64,000 nt of DNA from Eledone cirrhosa (Eukaryota), in the NCBI GenBank assembly GCA_964016885.1, contig OZ024741.1:381548001-381612000 (forward strand), given 5' to 3'. The position numbers and the translations under genes were made by a program. Shown one piece after another: positions 13,621 through 27,572 of the stretch. Positions within the stretch are counted from its first letter, which is position 1; each line of letters opens with the position of its first letter. The notes below the pieces were generated by a model, which did not search any database, was not told the origin of the DNA, and saw only the letters and a program-made list of their open reading frames with translations.

Positions 13621-14532
13621 CGAGTTGCACGAATCAAACTTCTGCCTCGGTGTCTATGAGTCAGAACCAATGAATGACATGTCTAGTACAAAACCACAGG
13701 TTGAGTTTAGTGCTATTTCTAAGTTCAAGTATTATTCTGTCAATGATTGATTTACTAAGTCACCCGTCTGATTTGGAGGATGCTATATATATATATATAT
13801 ACAAGTAGAAGCTTAGTAAAATCGAAGGTTTGGCTGTGGGCAAGCAAAGTCGACCTACAATAGGAATGAGTTAGCTAAGCACTCAATAAGGGTAGGTCCT
13901 TAGAGTAATAACATACGTTTAATTATATATATATTTATATAGATGGACAGTCACAACAAACGCAGGCATGGATGTACCCGTTATTCTGCTGTATTTCGCA
14001 CACCTTCATAATTTCGACAACAAAACCTGTAATAATCCATTTGACTGTGTTACCAAAGGCCAAATATAGCTTCAATATGCTCAGGAATATATAGAAAAAA
14101 GCCGTGGAAACGAAACAATTAGAGTATCTTAACTAGCCAGAAAGGGATTGGTAGAAGATTGTAATATCCAATAGTACCCACTTTGGCACATCTATGAGGT
14201 TCTTAGTGCAGCATTTACTTCGTTTATTAAGCCTTTATATACGGATATCTCTGCTAATTACTAGAGATGTGTCTTCTTTTAGTGATTCCAAATGATGAAA
14301 AGCCCAAATTCATTTTGTTTAACTCAAGCCACGTAAGAATGCATAAACAACAAGTGTTCATATATTTACATATATAAAAGTATGTCCTTTCCATGAAAAT
14401 ATCTTTATCTTCGGTTAAATTCTTCATTACTTTTGTACAGATACAAATTTATCATACATTCCAGTTGCCTATTGTATAATTCATTATGAAATATACTTAA
14501 AAACTAGTGTAATCTCAAACATTATGAAATTA

Positions 14533-14717
14533 GTGAATTGGCTGTATCGGTAGAGGGTTGGACGCCATGCTTTCTAGCATAGTTAAGTCCCTTTACAGTC
14601 TGAGTTCAAATCAAGTCGAGGTTAACTTTGCCTTTCATCCTTACGGGGTCGATAAAATAAAGTACCAGTAATGTACTGGGTAATTGTTGGCCTTGTGCCT
14701 AAAGTAGAAACAATTAT
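14533..14717 (+). mobile_element. tRNA-derived SINE (family A)
   Basis: Full-length copy with apparent target-site duplication attatgaaatta (14521-14532 / 14713-14724). Confidence 0.85.
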
Positions 14718-15542
14718 GAAATTAATACACCCAGTTAACATTAACTGCCAAATTTGATGGGTTTATTAAGCATTTAGTTAAGTATTTCGCTGTGCACACG
14801 CTCCACCAATTCCCCAACATCCCCACACACACCTAAACAACCAATTTACCAATACGCACATACTAACATATATAGAAACAATAGAAAAAAAGGTTACATA
14901 CACACAGACACAGACACAAACATACCCATACCTAAAGAAACACACACAAGCACACAAACTGATCCCTCTACAGGCAACACAAATTCACAAAACAGACGTG
15001 GCGGCATACGCACTCATTCGACACACACACGGGAAAACACACACAGAAACACACAAATACACACACTCATATACATAGAAACAATAAAATCAACATTCAC
15101 ACCCACAACCTCACACTAACGCACACACACTAACACAAAAAAAACAAGAAGTATCTCACAGTCATACACACACGCCAACAATATATGACTCAGAAACACC
15201 CATGTGTTCACACAACCAAAGTGAAGCAATAATGCACACCTACCAATTGTATCCCTTCCGCACATACACACAAACCTAGCCATGACCACAACTGGACCCT
15301 CCACTTCAGTCCCTACTCTCGAATTCCGGACCTCTCGCGTACAACTCCCAGCCTATTAATCTTTCCTAACACTCATCTCCTAACTTTCATACACAACTTT
15401 CATGTACCTACCTGTTCTCTCCTCATACAAACGTTCCTTACGAATGACCTCTTTCCGAAATATAGAACCCTCCTTCACTTACTCTAAGTGGGAACCTTTT
15501 TAGTTTTGCAGCATCCGCGTTTTTTTTTATTCATCATATATA

Positions 15543-15789
15543 TATAATATACAACGAAAAGTCAGTGATGCATCTGAACTCAATTTATTGTGTGTTACAA
15601 TTGTTTCGCCGGCGGACAGATCGAGACGCGATCATTGTGTGGATCTGTCTGATTCTGGACCCGGAGGTTCTACGGACACGTCTAATGATTTCGGGGCATA
15701 CTTTCTGATTCTGGTCCAGAATCGGAAACAATTGTAACACATTAAATTGAGTTCAGATGCATCACTGATTTTTCGTTTTATATTATATC
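15543..15789. repeat. Fold-back (inverted arms ~65 bp), probable PLE terminal remnant
   Basis: 15543-15607 is the reverse complement of ~15725-15789. Both arms contain GAAA-caattg-TA, the 3' half of an HHR. Confidence 0.65.
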
Positions 15790-15894
15790 ATACTCTGCCC
15801 TTAGAGAGCATAGACTGCTCAACAGACATACCGCCTATGGCAGCATCTTAGGTACCATCCGACACACACACACACCCACACACACCCACACACA

Positions 15895-15974
<80 letters not shown>

Positions 15975-16153
15975 CACACATATATATATATAAGGAGGAG
16001 TTTATAGTTCACTTGAAGCATTGTGTAATGAGGTATAAACGTTTGTATATGTATAATAAAGCCAAAACAATGCAGGTATGGACATAGAATAAAGAATGCA
16101 AATGCAAAAGATATTGTTGACAATTAGTCTTTTACCTTAGATTTATTTAAATG

Positions 16154-16191
16154 TCCTTAATTTTCGAGATAATATCTCTTCTTCGGAGGGA
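16154..16191 (-). ncRNA. Minimal hammerhead motif (CCGAAGA core)
   Basis: Minus strand: ccct-CCGAAGA-agagatattatctc-GAAA-at-TA-agga. Same family as 58059-58095. Confidence 0.6.
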
Positions 16192-16384
16192 AGTAAAGCG
16201 GTTAAAACAGTGTTCTAAATAGCTTGCCAAGTCATGCTGACAGGGTATGGTATAGAGTATCTGTTCTATCTCTAATGTCAAAGAGTTAAGGGTAGATGGA
16301 TAAAGAGTAGTCTCCCTTTAAAAGTTTTATTTTTTTGTACATGCCTGTTTAAGCGTGTGGGAGAATGCATGAAGGTGTAAGCAT

Positions 16385-17219
16385 GGACGCCAGTATAAAG
16401 TTCAGCATGGAACACCCCGATGACCGCGGATCCCTATCCCTACTGGACTTCCAACTCAGGGTAACAGAGGAAGGCAACATCCACACCTGCTTCTATAAAA
16501 AAGTCACCAGCAGCGACCTGTTCGTACATTTCAGATCGGCTCTCCCAGCCGGCGCTAAGTTCGGATACATAAGGAACGAACTTACACGTATCCGGAACAA
16601 ATGCACCGACGCGAGAGACCGAGACACACACACCACACATTTCCTGGAAGTACTCAAACTGAATGGATACACTACATCCACCACAAACCGTGCCAGAAAG
16701 AACAGAGGACACCACACCCGAGGCACTGACACTTGCTTCCTGAAGCTCCCACACTTCAGTGACGAAACAACAACAGCCATCCGCAGAGCTATCAGACGAG
16801 AGGGACTAGATATCCAACTGGCCCATTCAGGTCTTTCTCTACGCGGACAGCTAACCGAAAGACACTCAAACAGACATGACAACTGCTGCAGGCTAGCCAA
16901 CTGCCCCATCAACGACACAGACATATGCCACCAGGCTTACGTCGTATACAGACTAGAGTGTGACAAATGCAGCAACATCTACGTAGGTAGCACCACCAGA
17001 CCAATCCACATAAGAATAAAAGAACTCCTCAATACTAACGCTTCCCCATTTAAGAACCACCTAGTTAAATGCAAAAACACCGACAACACCATAACAGTTA
17101 GGATAGAAACTAAGGAAAGAAACCTCGGCAATCTTAGAATTAAGGAAGCACTAATTATAGACAAAACACAACCAACAATCAATAATAGACTAGAACTCAA
17201 CACCCAATTTATAACTTGA
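16385..17219 (+). pseudogene. PLE RT C-terminus/thumb + GIY-YIG endonuclease, 5'-truncated but open
   Basis: SIKFSMEHPDDRGSLSLLDF..FYKK..HFRSALP (RT end) and VVYRLECDKCSNIYVGSTTRPIHIRIKE..LRIKEALII..PTINNRLE (GIY-YIG). Confidence 0.9.
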
Positions 17220-17701
17220 TAGAGCTTCTAACCACATATTTACCCCCCCCCCCCAACACACACACGCACATACATACGCACGCGCACACACACATACACA
17301 CACACACACACACGCTTACACCTCCACTTATTCTCTCTCACACACACACATAGACACACAAAGACCAGTTCTAACACGAGATAACATCTATCCCCCACAT
17401 TTACGTCTAGACATATCTTTTCACTCGCACACACACACACACTCACATACTTACACCTTCATGCATTCTCCTACACACTTAAACAGGCATGTACAAAAAA
17501 AAACCTTTTAAAGGGAGACTAATCTTTATCCACCTAACCTTAACTCTTTGACATTAGAGATAGAACAGATACTCTATACCATTTCCTGTCAACATGACTT
17601 GGCTATGCATATATATATGTATGTATGAAATCGTGTACTCTACACTAGGGACCGATATGTATTCCGATGCATTTACACGTGGATACACACACACACACAC
17701 A

Positions 17702-17763
<62 letters not shown>

Positions 17764-18100
17764 TATATATATATATTTATATGCCAACATAATAACAAAT
17801 ATAATAACATAATAACAAAACAACAAAACATAATAACAAAACAAACTTGATAGTACATGTAACAAATATATTAGTTTAATGTTTGAAATAGCAGGAAGAG
17901 TGTTTTAACTCTTCGGACACTAGTCATTCATCAGAAGACAGGGAAACAGAAGATGGATAGAAATTAAATGCTGATGAGACCAAGGATGGGAAAATGGTGA
18001 AAAATCTGGGAATAAAAAACACACGTGCGTATTTAGTCGGCCATATATATTGACTTAAATAATAAGAGAGAATTTTAAAAGCTTTTATACCTCCATTATT

Positions 18101-18285
18101 GGTTATTGGCCGTATAGGTAGACAGTAGGACGCCATGCATTCCAGCATAGTTACGTCCCTTTACGATCTGAGTTCAAATCCTGCCCAGGTTAACTTTGCC
18201 ATTCATCCTTACGCGGTCGATAAAATAAAGTATCAGTAATTTGCTGGGTAATTGCTGGCCTTGTGCCAAATGAAGAAACAATTAT
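18101..18285 (+). mobile_element. tRNA-derived SINE (family A)
   Basis: Same motifs as 14533-14717. The flanking repeat attattggttat is consistent with a target-site duplication. Confidence 0.85.
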
Positions 18286-20865
18286 TGGTTATCTTTCTTT
18301 ACGTACAGCTTACGCTTACATCAGGATTCCCATTCCTAGAAACAAGAAACATACTCTTTAGAAAGATGTGGGTCATTAGTGTATTTAACACCTTTCTCAG
18401 TCTACGTATCTCATATTAATCTACTAGCTGAGCTACCCGGTGATTCCCAGCTATTTTATTAAGGTTACAATATGATCGCTGAATTTTAACTAAATTATGT
18501 ATTATAGCAGAATATTTATTGCCGTTTGTTTAAAGAAAATCATGTACATAAAAATATTATTACTTTAGTCCAGTGGTGATTTTTTTTAATACTGCTCGCT
18601 ATAACAGTCATCATATATAATACTTCGCACTTGAAATCATTAGGTATGTTGTCAATGAAAAGGGCATGACCCAAAAAATAATTCTAGATTTTATTTATCC
18701 TTTTTTTTGTGTACAATCAGAACCTCTGACATTCAAACAAAATGTGAAGGCTATTTTAAAAAGCAACAGTAAAATAAAATTTAAAAAAAATAAATTTATC
18801 ATTGATTTATGAATGAATGAAGAATTTAATTACTCATTTCAGTAATTCAAGAATGTTTATTTAAATGTCTGTAAGTGTGGTAAATATATACATATACACC
18901 AGGAACTAAACTCCCACTGTCATTGCCTCCATCTCTCCCGATCTCCCCATCACTCATTATTATGAGCAAATGGCAGCCCACGCACTGGAAAATCCATTCC
19001 GGCTTGCGAGGCTTACACCTGTGGGTAGCCAACTCTGTGCCGATGGAGGTGATTTGGGAGGTAGCCCTAGATCGAAGGACACCAGAAGTCTACTTTGCTA
19101 TGGGCTCAACAACAACGCTATCGGAGAACGTCCGATATTTGGAGAGTTTACGGTTCTGGCCCCAAAGTGCGGCATAGCCTGTGTTAATTAAAACTGTTAC
19201 ACTGTAGCTTTCACCAACTTTTACCTCTATGGCAATACGGTCTAGTTTGAGGGAGATTTGTTTTCTATTTCTTTTAGGTACACCAACAGTTATAGTGGCT
19301 TCCATGACATCCATGTGTGTGTGTTTGCGTGTGTAAGATTGTTTGCTGTGATTTGAAATGGGTTTTGCTAATATTTCTAGTAGATCGAGGTGTCACTATC
19401 AACCTTTCCATATTGCTTCATATATATATACGCATGAGACAGTAGACTGGGATATATATGTCTTTAATTTAAGTACGGTGATAAGCACACACACAGACAC
19501 TTGTCTCTAATTTAGAACGCCGAGACACACACGCGCGTGTACACACACTCGCTCACATACACACAGAGTCTCATTACGACTTTTGTGAAAGAGAGAGAAA
19601 GAAAAGTAACGTTAAGGGGTTAGTTTAGAAGTATTCAAAAAGTAAATAATTAAAAGTTAGTTATCGAACCATGCTATTATTTTTCTGTTTCTGTTTTCGT
19701 TCTCTCTCTTCCATAATTCTCTCTCTCTCCCTCTCTCTCTTTCTTTGGCTCTCTTTCTCTCTCTCTTATCCTCTCTATCTCACCCCCCCCCTCTTTCTCT
19801 CTTATCTCCTCTTTCTCATTCCCTGTCTCTCTTTCTCTACATAATGAAAAGCCAAAAAACAAATAAGCTATTGCCTCGTTTTGGAGGATTGAGTAGTGGG
19901 AGGGAGGGTTTAATGACCCCAGGGTTCCATCATTGACTTTAATTGAAATCCGATTGGTCAGTTCTGTTTCTGAATATTAACTTAACATGTATGTAAAAAT
20001 TTCATCAGGATCGGATCACTGATTTAGACGCCAACTGGTTACACACAGACAGACAGAAATTGCCATTTATATAGTAGACTAGCAGAAAACCACCCGGTGG
20101 GCGGTTTTCTGCTAGCAAATCTAGTCTATATACTGATATTGTTGAGATTTGGATGAGAAATGTTTACGGCACAACATGTTCACCGTCTCTCGGTGTGTCT
20201 TTTATTCATGTATAAATATATATGTTATTTATACGGTGAAATCTTTGAAATAAATATATGTTAAAACGAAAAAGGAGAAAAAGAGATTAGTGACGGAAAT
20301 ATAAACGTTATGATACATAAACCTTATGATATAACGATGGAAATATATAAACGTTTACGATAAAACGATGGAAATAGAAACGTTTATATATAATGATAAG
20401 CCGAAACACTCGTAAGCCGAGACACTCGTAAGTCGAGACACTCGTAAAGCGAAACGTATAAATGAAGATTAATGTAATGAATTTGAAAAGCATAGAGAAT
20501 TGAAACCGCGTCTATTTGTTTCCTTGGCATTTTTTACAGACGGACAGACAGACAAACAAACAGAGAGATGCCCATTATATATTATAAGTAGACTTGGCAT
20601 GGTGTCAAGTCAGAACCGCCTCGAACTGGTTACTTCTGGCTTGTGCAAGGTGTCTCTATAGCAACCAGCGATTCACTCGGCCTCAGTGACTAAAGTCAGT
20701 GGAGAGGGGAAAGTAATGTTTCTATAGCGACAGTGTTTCTCTTGGTAGTACCAAAGTGGAGAAAGGAAGGGGAAGGTAATATTTCTGTAGCACCTACATT
20801 TGAGTTTTAGGGAAGAACAGCCAGACAGACAGACAGACAGACAGACACACAGAGAAATGCCCATG

Positions 20866-20874
20866 TATTTCTGA

Positions 20875-20912
<38 letters not shown>

Positions 20913-20938
20913 CACACAGAGAAATGTATATATATTTC

Positions 20939-20979
<41 letters not shown>

Positions 20980-21007
20980 CACACAGAGAAATGTATATAT
21001 ATATTTC

Positions 21008-21068
<61 letters not shown>

Positions 21069-21286
21069 CACACACAGAAATGTATATATATTTCTGTGTG
21101 TATATATATATATATTTCTGTGTGTGTATATATATATTACACACACAGAAATGTATATATATGTCTGTGTGTATATATATATATTTCTGTGTGTGTATAT
21201 ATATATATATTACACACACAAAAATGTATATATATTTCTGTGTGTATTTATATATATTACACACACAGAAATGTATATATATTTCT
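20866..21286. repeat. Higher-order tandem array of self-complementary compound microsatellite units
   Basis: Unit atttctgtgtgtg(ta)n ttacacacacagaaatg(ta)n repeated about 6-7 times, some units partial. Confidence 0.85.
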
Positions 21287-21405
21287 TAGAACAAAATTAT
21301 TATTAATGTTTTGCTGTTCATAACAATTGGAATTGAAAAATTACTTTTGAAATTATTAGTTATTTTACTAATGCTTAGATATGTAAAAATGAAGCAATGT
21401 TTCTA

Positions 21406-21595
21406 TAATTGTTTCTACTTTTGGCACAAGGCCAGCAATTACCCAGTACATTACTGGTACTTTGTTTTATCGACCCCGTGAGGATGAAAGGCAAAGTTAA
21501 CCTCGGCAGTATTTGAACTCATACCGTAAAGGGACGTAACTCCATGCCATGAAGCATGGTGTCCGACACTCTACAGATTCCACCAGTCCACCGCC
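21406..21595 (-). mobile_element. tRNA-derived SINE (family A)
   Basis: Full-length homolog of 11503-11688. Confidence 0.85.
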
Positions 21596-23413
21596 CTAAT
21601 GTCTGTACGTAATGAGGCAGTGAGAGGGGAGAGAAAGAAAGGCAGAGGTGCAGTAACGAAGTGACACTCTCCTCCTCCTCCATCTCCCCATTCGTCACAG
21701 CGATAGAGGGGAGGAATGTTAGTGTGTTACAAAGAGAAAGAGTGAGAGTGAGAGAAACAGACAGACTAACAGAGAGGGATAGCTGGAGAGAGAGATAGCA
21801 ACCACGCGCGCACGTGTTTCCACTGTCGGACAGACAGACAGAGAAATTGCTGGTTATATATTATAAGGAGATTGTTAATAAGAACTGAATTTGCTTCAGT
21901 GTTTTGTGAGGTTGGGCATGTGAATGCTTTTTTATCAAATAAACCACGTCCGTTGGTGATTTCATCAAGTTGTTTTCAATATGAAATATTAGTGCAAGTA
22001 CATCGTTAGATATTGAGGGAGTATTCAGAAATCAAAATACCACTGTTTTAATTTTCATAACACATTAGTAAGTCTAACACTCTCTCCATATCTTTCTACA
22101 CACTTCCTTTGAAGAAAACGACGAAATATATGTCCTAACATATTAATATATATGATAAGAATTATCACTAAATAGAAATGGATTTACGGGATTCTATTTA
22201 TTTCACATCCCATATCCTGAATAAATAATTGCTTAAATAAATCTAACAATCATATAAAAATTATGGAAAATATAGTTATTATTCAGGTGTTCGTGAATTT
22301 TCTATAAGCTGTATTAATTTCTTAAGTAGCTCTATTTTGATCCATATACAATATGAAATGTTAATAGTCTTGTAAAATATAGACTTCCACATTTACAGTA
22401 GTGGCAGAAGGCACAGAACATGTTTTTAGTATAATAGAAAGTTTTATAGATAATTAAAATTTAAAGAATGATGTAAATGTTTCGTCTCGGAATATAAAGG
22501 AGATATTGTATTGTCAAACAGCCATTGCTCAAGGCAATATTTAGAATTATTTCATAGCATCTTGGGAAACTTAAATGGTTAGATATGACAAGAATATAAA
22601 TAGACCGTTTTGTCTCACTCAATTGTGAGGTAATGTTAAGAAGTTGAAAAGTAGAATGTGAACAAAGAGGTTTTAAATGATTATAGTAATAGCAATAGGA
22701 TATTTAGTAGGATGCACACGTTTCAGATTGGATACCTAATTACACGAACAGTTCAGCAGAAAGGTGAAGTGTTTCCCATTGGAAGAATGATTTGCTTCAA
22801 GAGAAACTGGAAGAAATTAATCGCTTTAGTAAAATAATTCAAATCTTTCCATAAAACTATTATTTCTATTAGCAAACAAAACATTATGATCGACCAATCA
22901 GAAATAAAAAAATACAAAGACTACCACTGATAAGGGGACTCATATAAACGTGGTCAAATAAAGCTATTTGTTCAAATAAAGGTATTTCCAAATATCGGCC
23001 TTGCTTCTGGCGTTAACATTTGTAAGAATGAGTTTCTATGCAGTGCGTATGGCTGCAAAGCTCATAGAGCTTAGGTTGCTGTTCTTTCTCAACAACTTTG
23101 TAGATTAGATTGTAATTCAGCGTGTGTTGTCTAATGTAAACTAACAAACCCTGGTATATTTTACCTTATTCTAGAAATGTGAAATATTGTTTTGTTGTCA
23201 AACACAAGTCTATGGTTATTAAAAACATGTTTTCTGCTAGTCATACACATTTGAAAAAAATATTTGCCAACTTTCAACAGAAGTCCGTCTAATAGTGTGG
23301 TGTTAAGATGTTTGATTGCTATGCACGTGGTCACGGGTTATTCGGACTGCGAAAAATATTGGAAGGATGTCTACTATATAAAATCATGATCATGACTGAG
23401 TCCGTTATATATC

Positions 23414-23529
<116 letters not shown>

Positions 23530-24769
23530 TGTGTCTGTGCCTGTGTCTGTGTCTCTGTGTGTGTGTGAGAGTGTGTGTGTTTGTGTGTGTGTTTGTGTGT
23601 GTCTTTATGTGAGTTTTTATTTGTGTTTTTTAGGTGCGCGTAGATATATATATGTATGCCTGTTTCCCTGCCGTTCATCGTTTTTTAATAAACATGTAAA
23701 ATTAAACTTAAACACTTGAATCATATAGACCAGTAAAATAACAGCCAAATAAAAAGAATTACTGAGGTCGACATGATCTAGTAAATCTCCTCAAAATGGT
23801 GTCCAGTATCCTTGCAAGCCAGTGGGCGAAAACAGTAAAAATACAACGGATTACAAACACCCTTGGTAATATAGTATGGGAAATCTAGCTTAGATTTAAA
23901 ATGTTTGCCTTATATCGTTTAACATTGATTGTTACTATAGACAAGATACTTATACCTAAACAACCGGGTTCTAAACGCTTTGCGTAAGCACCACACGGTA
24001 TACGAATTCCGAAAGCATGCTGCATAACCATTGACAAATGATTTTAGCACATGAAGTTAATCGTTTTGGCTGACCAACAATGGTAAGGACACTGTAGGAA
24101 CTGGATCCATTATATAGCAATATTTATGTCACATTTCCTTAAATTACCTTGTAATTTCAAACTTCAAACATACTATAATATTTCGTAACCCATGGTCAAT
24201 TTATTTGTTTTTCTAAGAAGTACAAATTGCGCTTCAACACTGTTCCAAACATACTATGTAAAACATACATATGTCTAATCAATGAAATTGTGTATACTAC
24301 TACTGGTTATGATGATGTGGTTAGAGGACGTCCCGATATGAACTTAGTGTATAAATAGTTATAAACCTTTCCATTACAATAATTGTACATTTGATGTTCT
24401 CTCATTTACCCGTACTGATTCTTAATATTATTAATGACTGATTTCACCTGGTCAAAACATGATATATGCCCGAGTCATCGTTATGATCATGCATTAGTAC
24501 ACTCGAAGAGACCTCTCTATTAACACTTAATAATATGGCAAACACAATACATCAGGGCCTATTCCAAAAGAAAATTCACACAATTAATTACATTCAACTA
24601 GACAATAACCATCTACCATCTCACACAAACACGCACCCACGAACACACACATGTATATATATATATGTATATATATATAAACATAATGGTAAAAACCCGG
24701 CAGGTTATATCCGTAGTAAGTAGAGCACTCAGTCCAAAGGACGAGTTCGATATAGAACTTATGTAAAAG

Positions 24770-24965
24770 CACCCATTGGAAGGGAACTTGTAAGGTTGGT
24801 GGTGATGTGGGCTTTCATATTTCTAGCAGAGGAATCTCCGAGTTTCACCCTGTGTCTATTGAGGATAGGTTTGTATTTATGTCCTATGGCGAAGTGTTTG
24901 TCTATGCGTGAAAAGAATATTCTACCTATATTAGTTCTATCTCTGAGCGAGAAATGGTTGGCAGA
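24770..24965 (-). pseudogene. PLE linker fragment
   Basis: The minus strand translates to RTNIGRIFFSRIDKHFAIGHKYKPILNRHRVKLGDSSARNMKAHIT, matching the PLE linker at 8082-8250. Confidence 0.7.
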
Positions 24966-26022
24966 GAAAATTTTTTTTTTTTTTCCAATTTGACTTTCTA
25001 CTGGTAGTGGGATGGGGAGCGGAGTAAGAAATGTTGTCGGATAAGCCGCTGATGGCCAACGCAGTGTTATATTAAGGTGCCGCTGAGGTAGTTGTGTTGT
25101 GTGTGCTTACGTTCGTGTGTGTTTGCATATGGAAGATTATTTGTGTATCTGGCGTGTTTGCGCCTTTATGATTTGTCTCTTCTCTATTTCTTTTGTGCGT
25201 GTATGTGTGTGTGTTTAACCTGCTTATTGTGTTTATTTTTATTCGTGTAAATTTAGGTAAATTGTCTACTGAATTTCATGGAAATGTATTTACATATATG
25301 CAATTGCCTGTGTATGTATTCATTCCTATCAAAATGCTTGATTGTTCATTTCTCCATTCGTGTATCATGGAAGTATTTATCCTCACTTACATCTTAAATT
25401 AAGTCGTTATTTTTCTGTTTCAGCATCCCCTGTGGCGTTCGCCGAAGTTAGCCTCAGAGGCGAATTTGATATTTGATTTCGAAGGGTTTAAATAAATTAA
25501 GACTAAAATTAAAGTAATAGAAAATACAGGACTTCCCATAAAAACCCTACTCAGCAGTACGTAGCCATTTAAGAGAAAATATATATATATTCTATATTAA
25601 GATTGGGTGTGCATCGTGTTACCCGAGAATGTTTTCTGTGTACACACAGGTTTATTAAACAATAAACAATAGATATGTTACATATATATATATATATATT
25701 TCAAGATTAGAAAAGAAAAAGGCCAAAGACAGAAACACATTTACACAAGGCCTTAACAGTTACACCGAAAAGGATAACGAAAGTTTGAAAGTATTAGACG
25801 TCACACGTTCACTACGAAAGAGTAAAATCAGGAGGAAGATAATATAGAATTAAGGAGTAAACCTAAGAATATTTTCTGAAGGGAAACGGGAGGAACACCA
25901 TGTGATTTCAAACGTCTGAATCTGTTTTGTCATGTATACCACGGGAATCTACATATTCGTATGAAACCATCAGGAATTGTGATTTCATACGAATGAAACA
26001 GTTCTAGTCTTGTAGAAATAAT

Positions 26023-26086
<64 letters not shown>

Positions 26087-26640
26087 ATGCGCGCGCGCGT
26101 GTGGATGTGTAATATGGAATATTAATAACAATTCTCAACTTGATATAATCTCGCCATTAAATATTACTGACAATCTTTAGTTTTTAGTGTCAAACTACGT
26201 ATTGCTTACAATAAACGAAATCCTTTAAAAGACTAACAAATGTAGTATTTCGATAAATGATTTGGCTAAAAAAAAAAAAACAATTTTATTCTGCCCTTTG
26301 CTTTGCAGCGTTTGGAATTTGAAAATATGGCAACTTTATGTCTCCTAAGAGACGTAGGATTTACGATTTTTCTCATTTTTGTTATACCGCAATGACAAGC
26401 AGTATTATAAGGTTATAACCAGAGGATATTAATGATAAGGATATTTCATTTGCAAAATGATAATATTTTTATTTTAATTTATCGTATGTCTATGTTCTGA
26501 ATAATGTTGAACACAGAGAAAAGGGATATTCTAAATTGTCTTTTACAAAGATACGTTATTATTTTGTTTTCTAAGAATCACCATATGTATACATTCATAT
26601 GTGCACAAGCAATCACACACACAATATGTATGTGTTTCTA

Positions 26641-26699
<59 letters not shown>

Positions 26700-27048
26700 G
26701 AAATCATATACATACATACACGCACATATACACATACTTACATTTACATATAAAGATAAGTACTCGTGCACACACATATTTCAACATATTATATTATCTT
26801 AGAACGTTTGATTTGTTAAATTGTTTACATTATACAAGGTTCAGTAAATCATTTCTGTTTACTCTCTTTATGACGTTCGTTTATATTCTGTTAATGTTTC
26901 TTTGTTTCTTGCAACACTCAGTGGTTATTTGTTGTCGTAAATCATACGTAAATTGGTGTATGTTATGTTTCAAGTTTCATATTGAGATTTTCGTCTATAA
27001 ATATCTAAGTATCTATGTATATTGTGAACACTAAACTAGAACACTCCT

Positions 27049-27082
<34 letters not shown>

Positions 27083-27383
27083 GGTGTATGTGATTAAGTA
27101 TTCGTGTATGGTGTATGTGTATGTGTATGTGTGTATATTTTACATAACCATATCACCAACACAATATAAGTAAATTGTAGACTTATCATACAAAATATAT
27201 AGTGAAATGAAAAGTACAAATTATTCAACACGCCTATAAGATCTGTACCACAATATACTACAAAGTAAAAATATAGGTACTATTGAAATCAAAATGTATT
27301 TGTATTACAGGTATCTATGCCATGAAATTGTCATTTCTAGGTAATTTTATTTCACCTCTCTATCTTTCCCTCCCCTCTCTCTG

Positions 27384-27489
<106 letters not shown>

Positions 27490-27572
27490 GAAGTTTTCGT
27501 GGAAAAAGTAAAAGGAATGAAGCGTGCTCTATGTAAGTAACAGAGCTAAATATTTAATGTATAATAAATATA

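Larger units (their letters stand above)
15992..17605 (+). mobile_element. 5'-truncated Penelope-like element (second PLE lineage) with inverted 3' UTR in front
   Basis: 16225-16384 is the reverse complement of ~17445-17603. 15992-16200 is the reverse complement of the HHR-bearing end seen at 58050-58257. Confidence 0.85.
19985..21875 (+). mobile_element. Cluster of non-autonomous Helitron/Helentron (HINE/DINE-like) termini
   Basis: Repeated (ACAG)n..atttatatagtaga / tatatattataaggagat ends at ~20045, ~20545, ~20825 and ~21830. Also aatttcatcaggatcgg and the hairpin ctagcagaaaacc..ggttttctgctag followed by CTAGT at ~20080-20125. Confidence 0.5.

Noticed and set aside
17890-17940. Minus-strand CTGATGA..GAAG hammerhead candidate
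   Set aside because: No stem I pairing, and the GAAA/UH elements are not satisfied.
20866-21286. CRISPR-like repeat/spacer appearance
   Set aside because: The spacers are (TA)n, the context is eukaryotic, and there are no cas genes.
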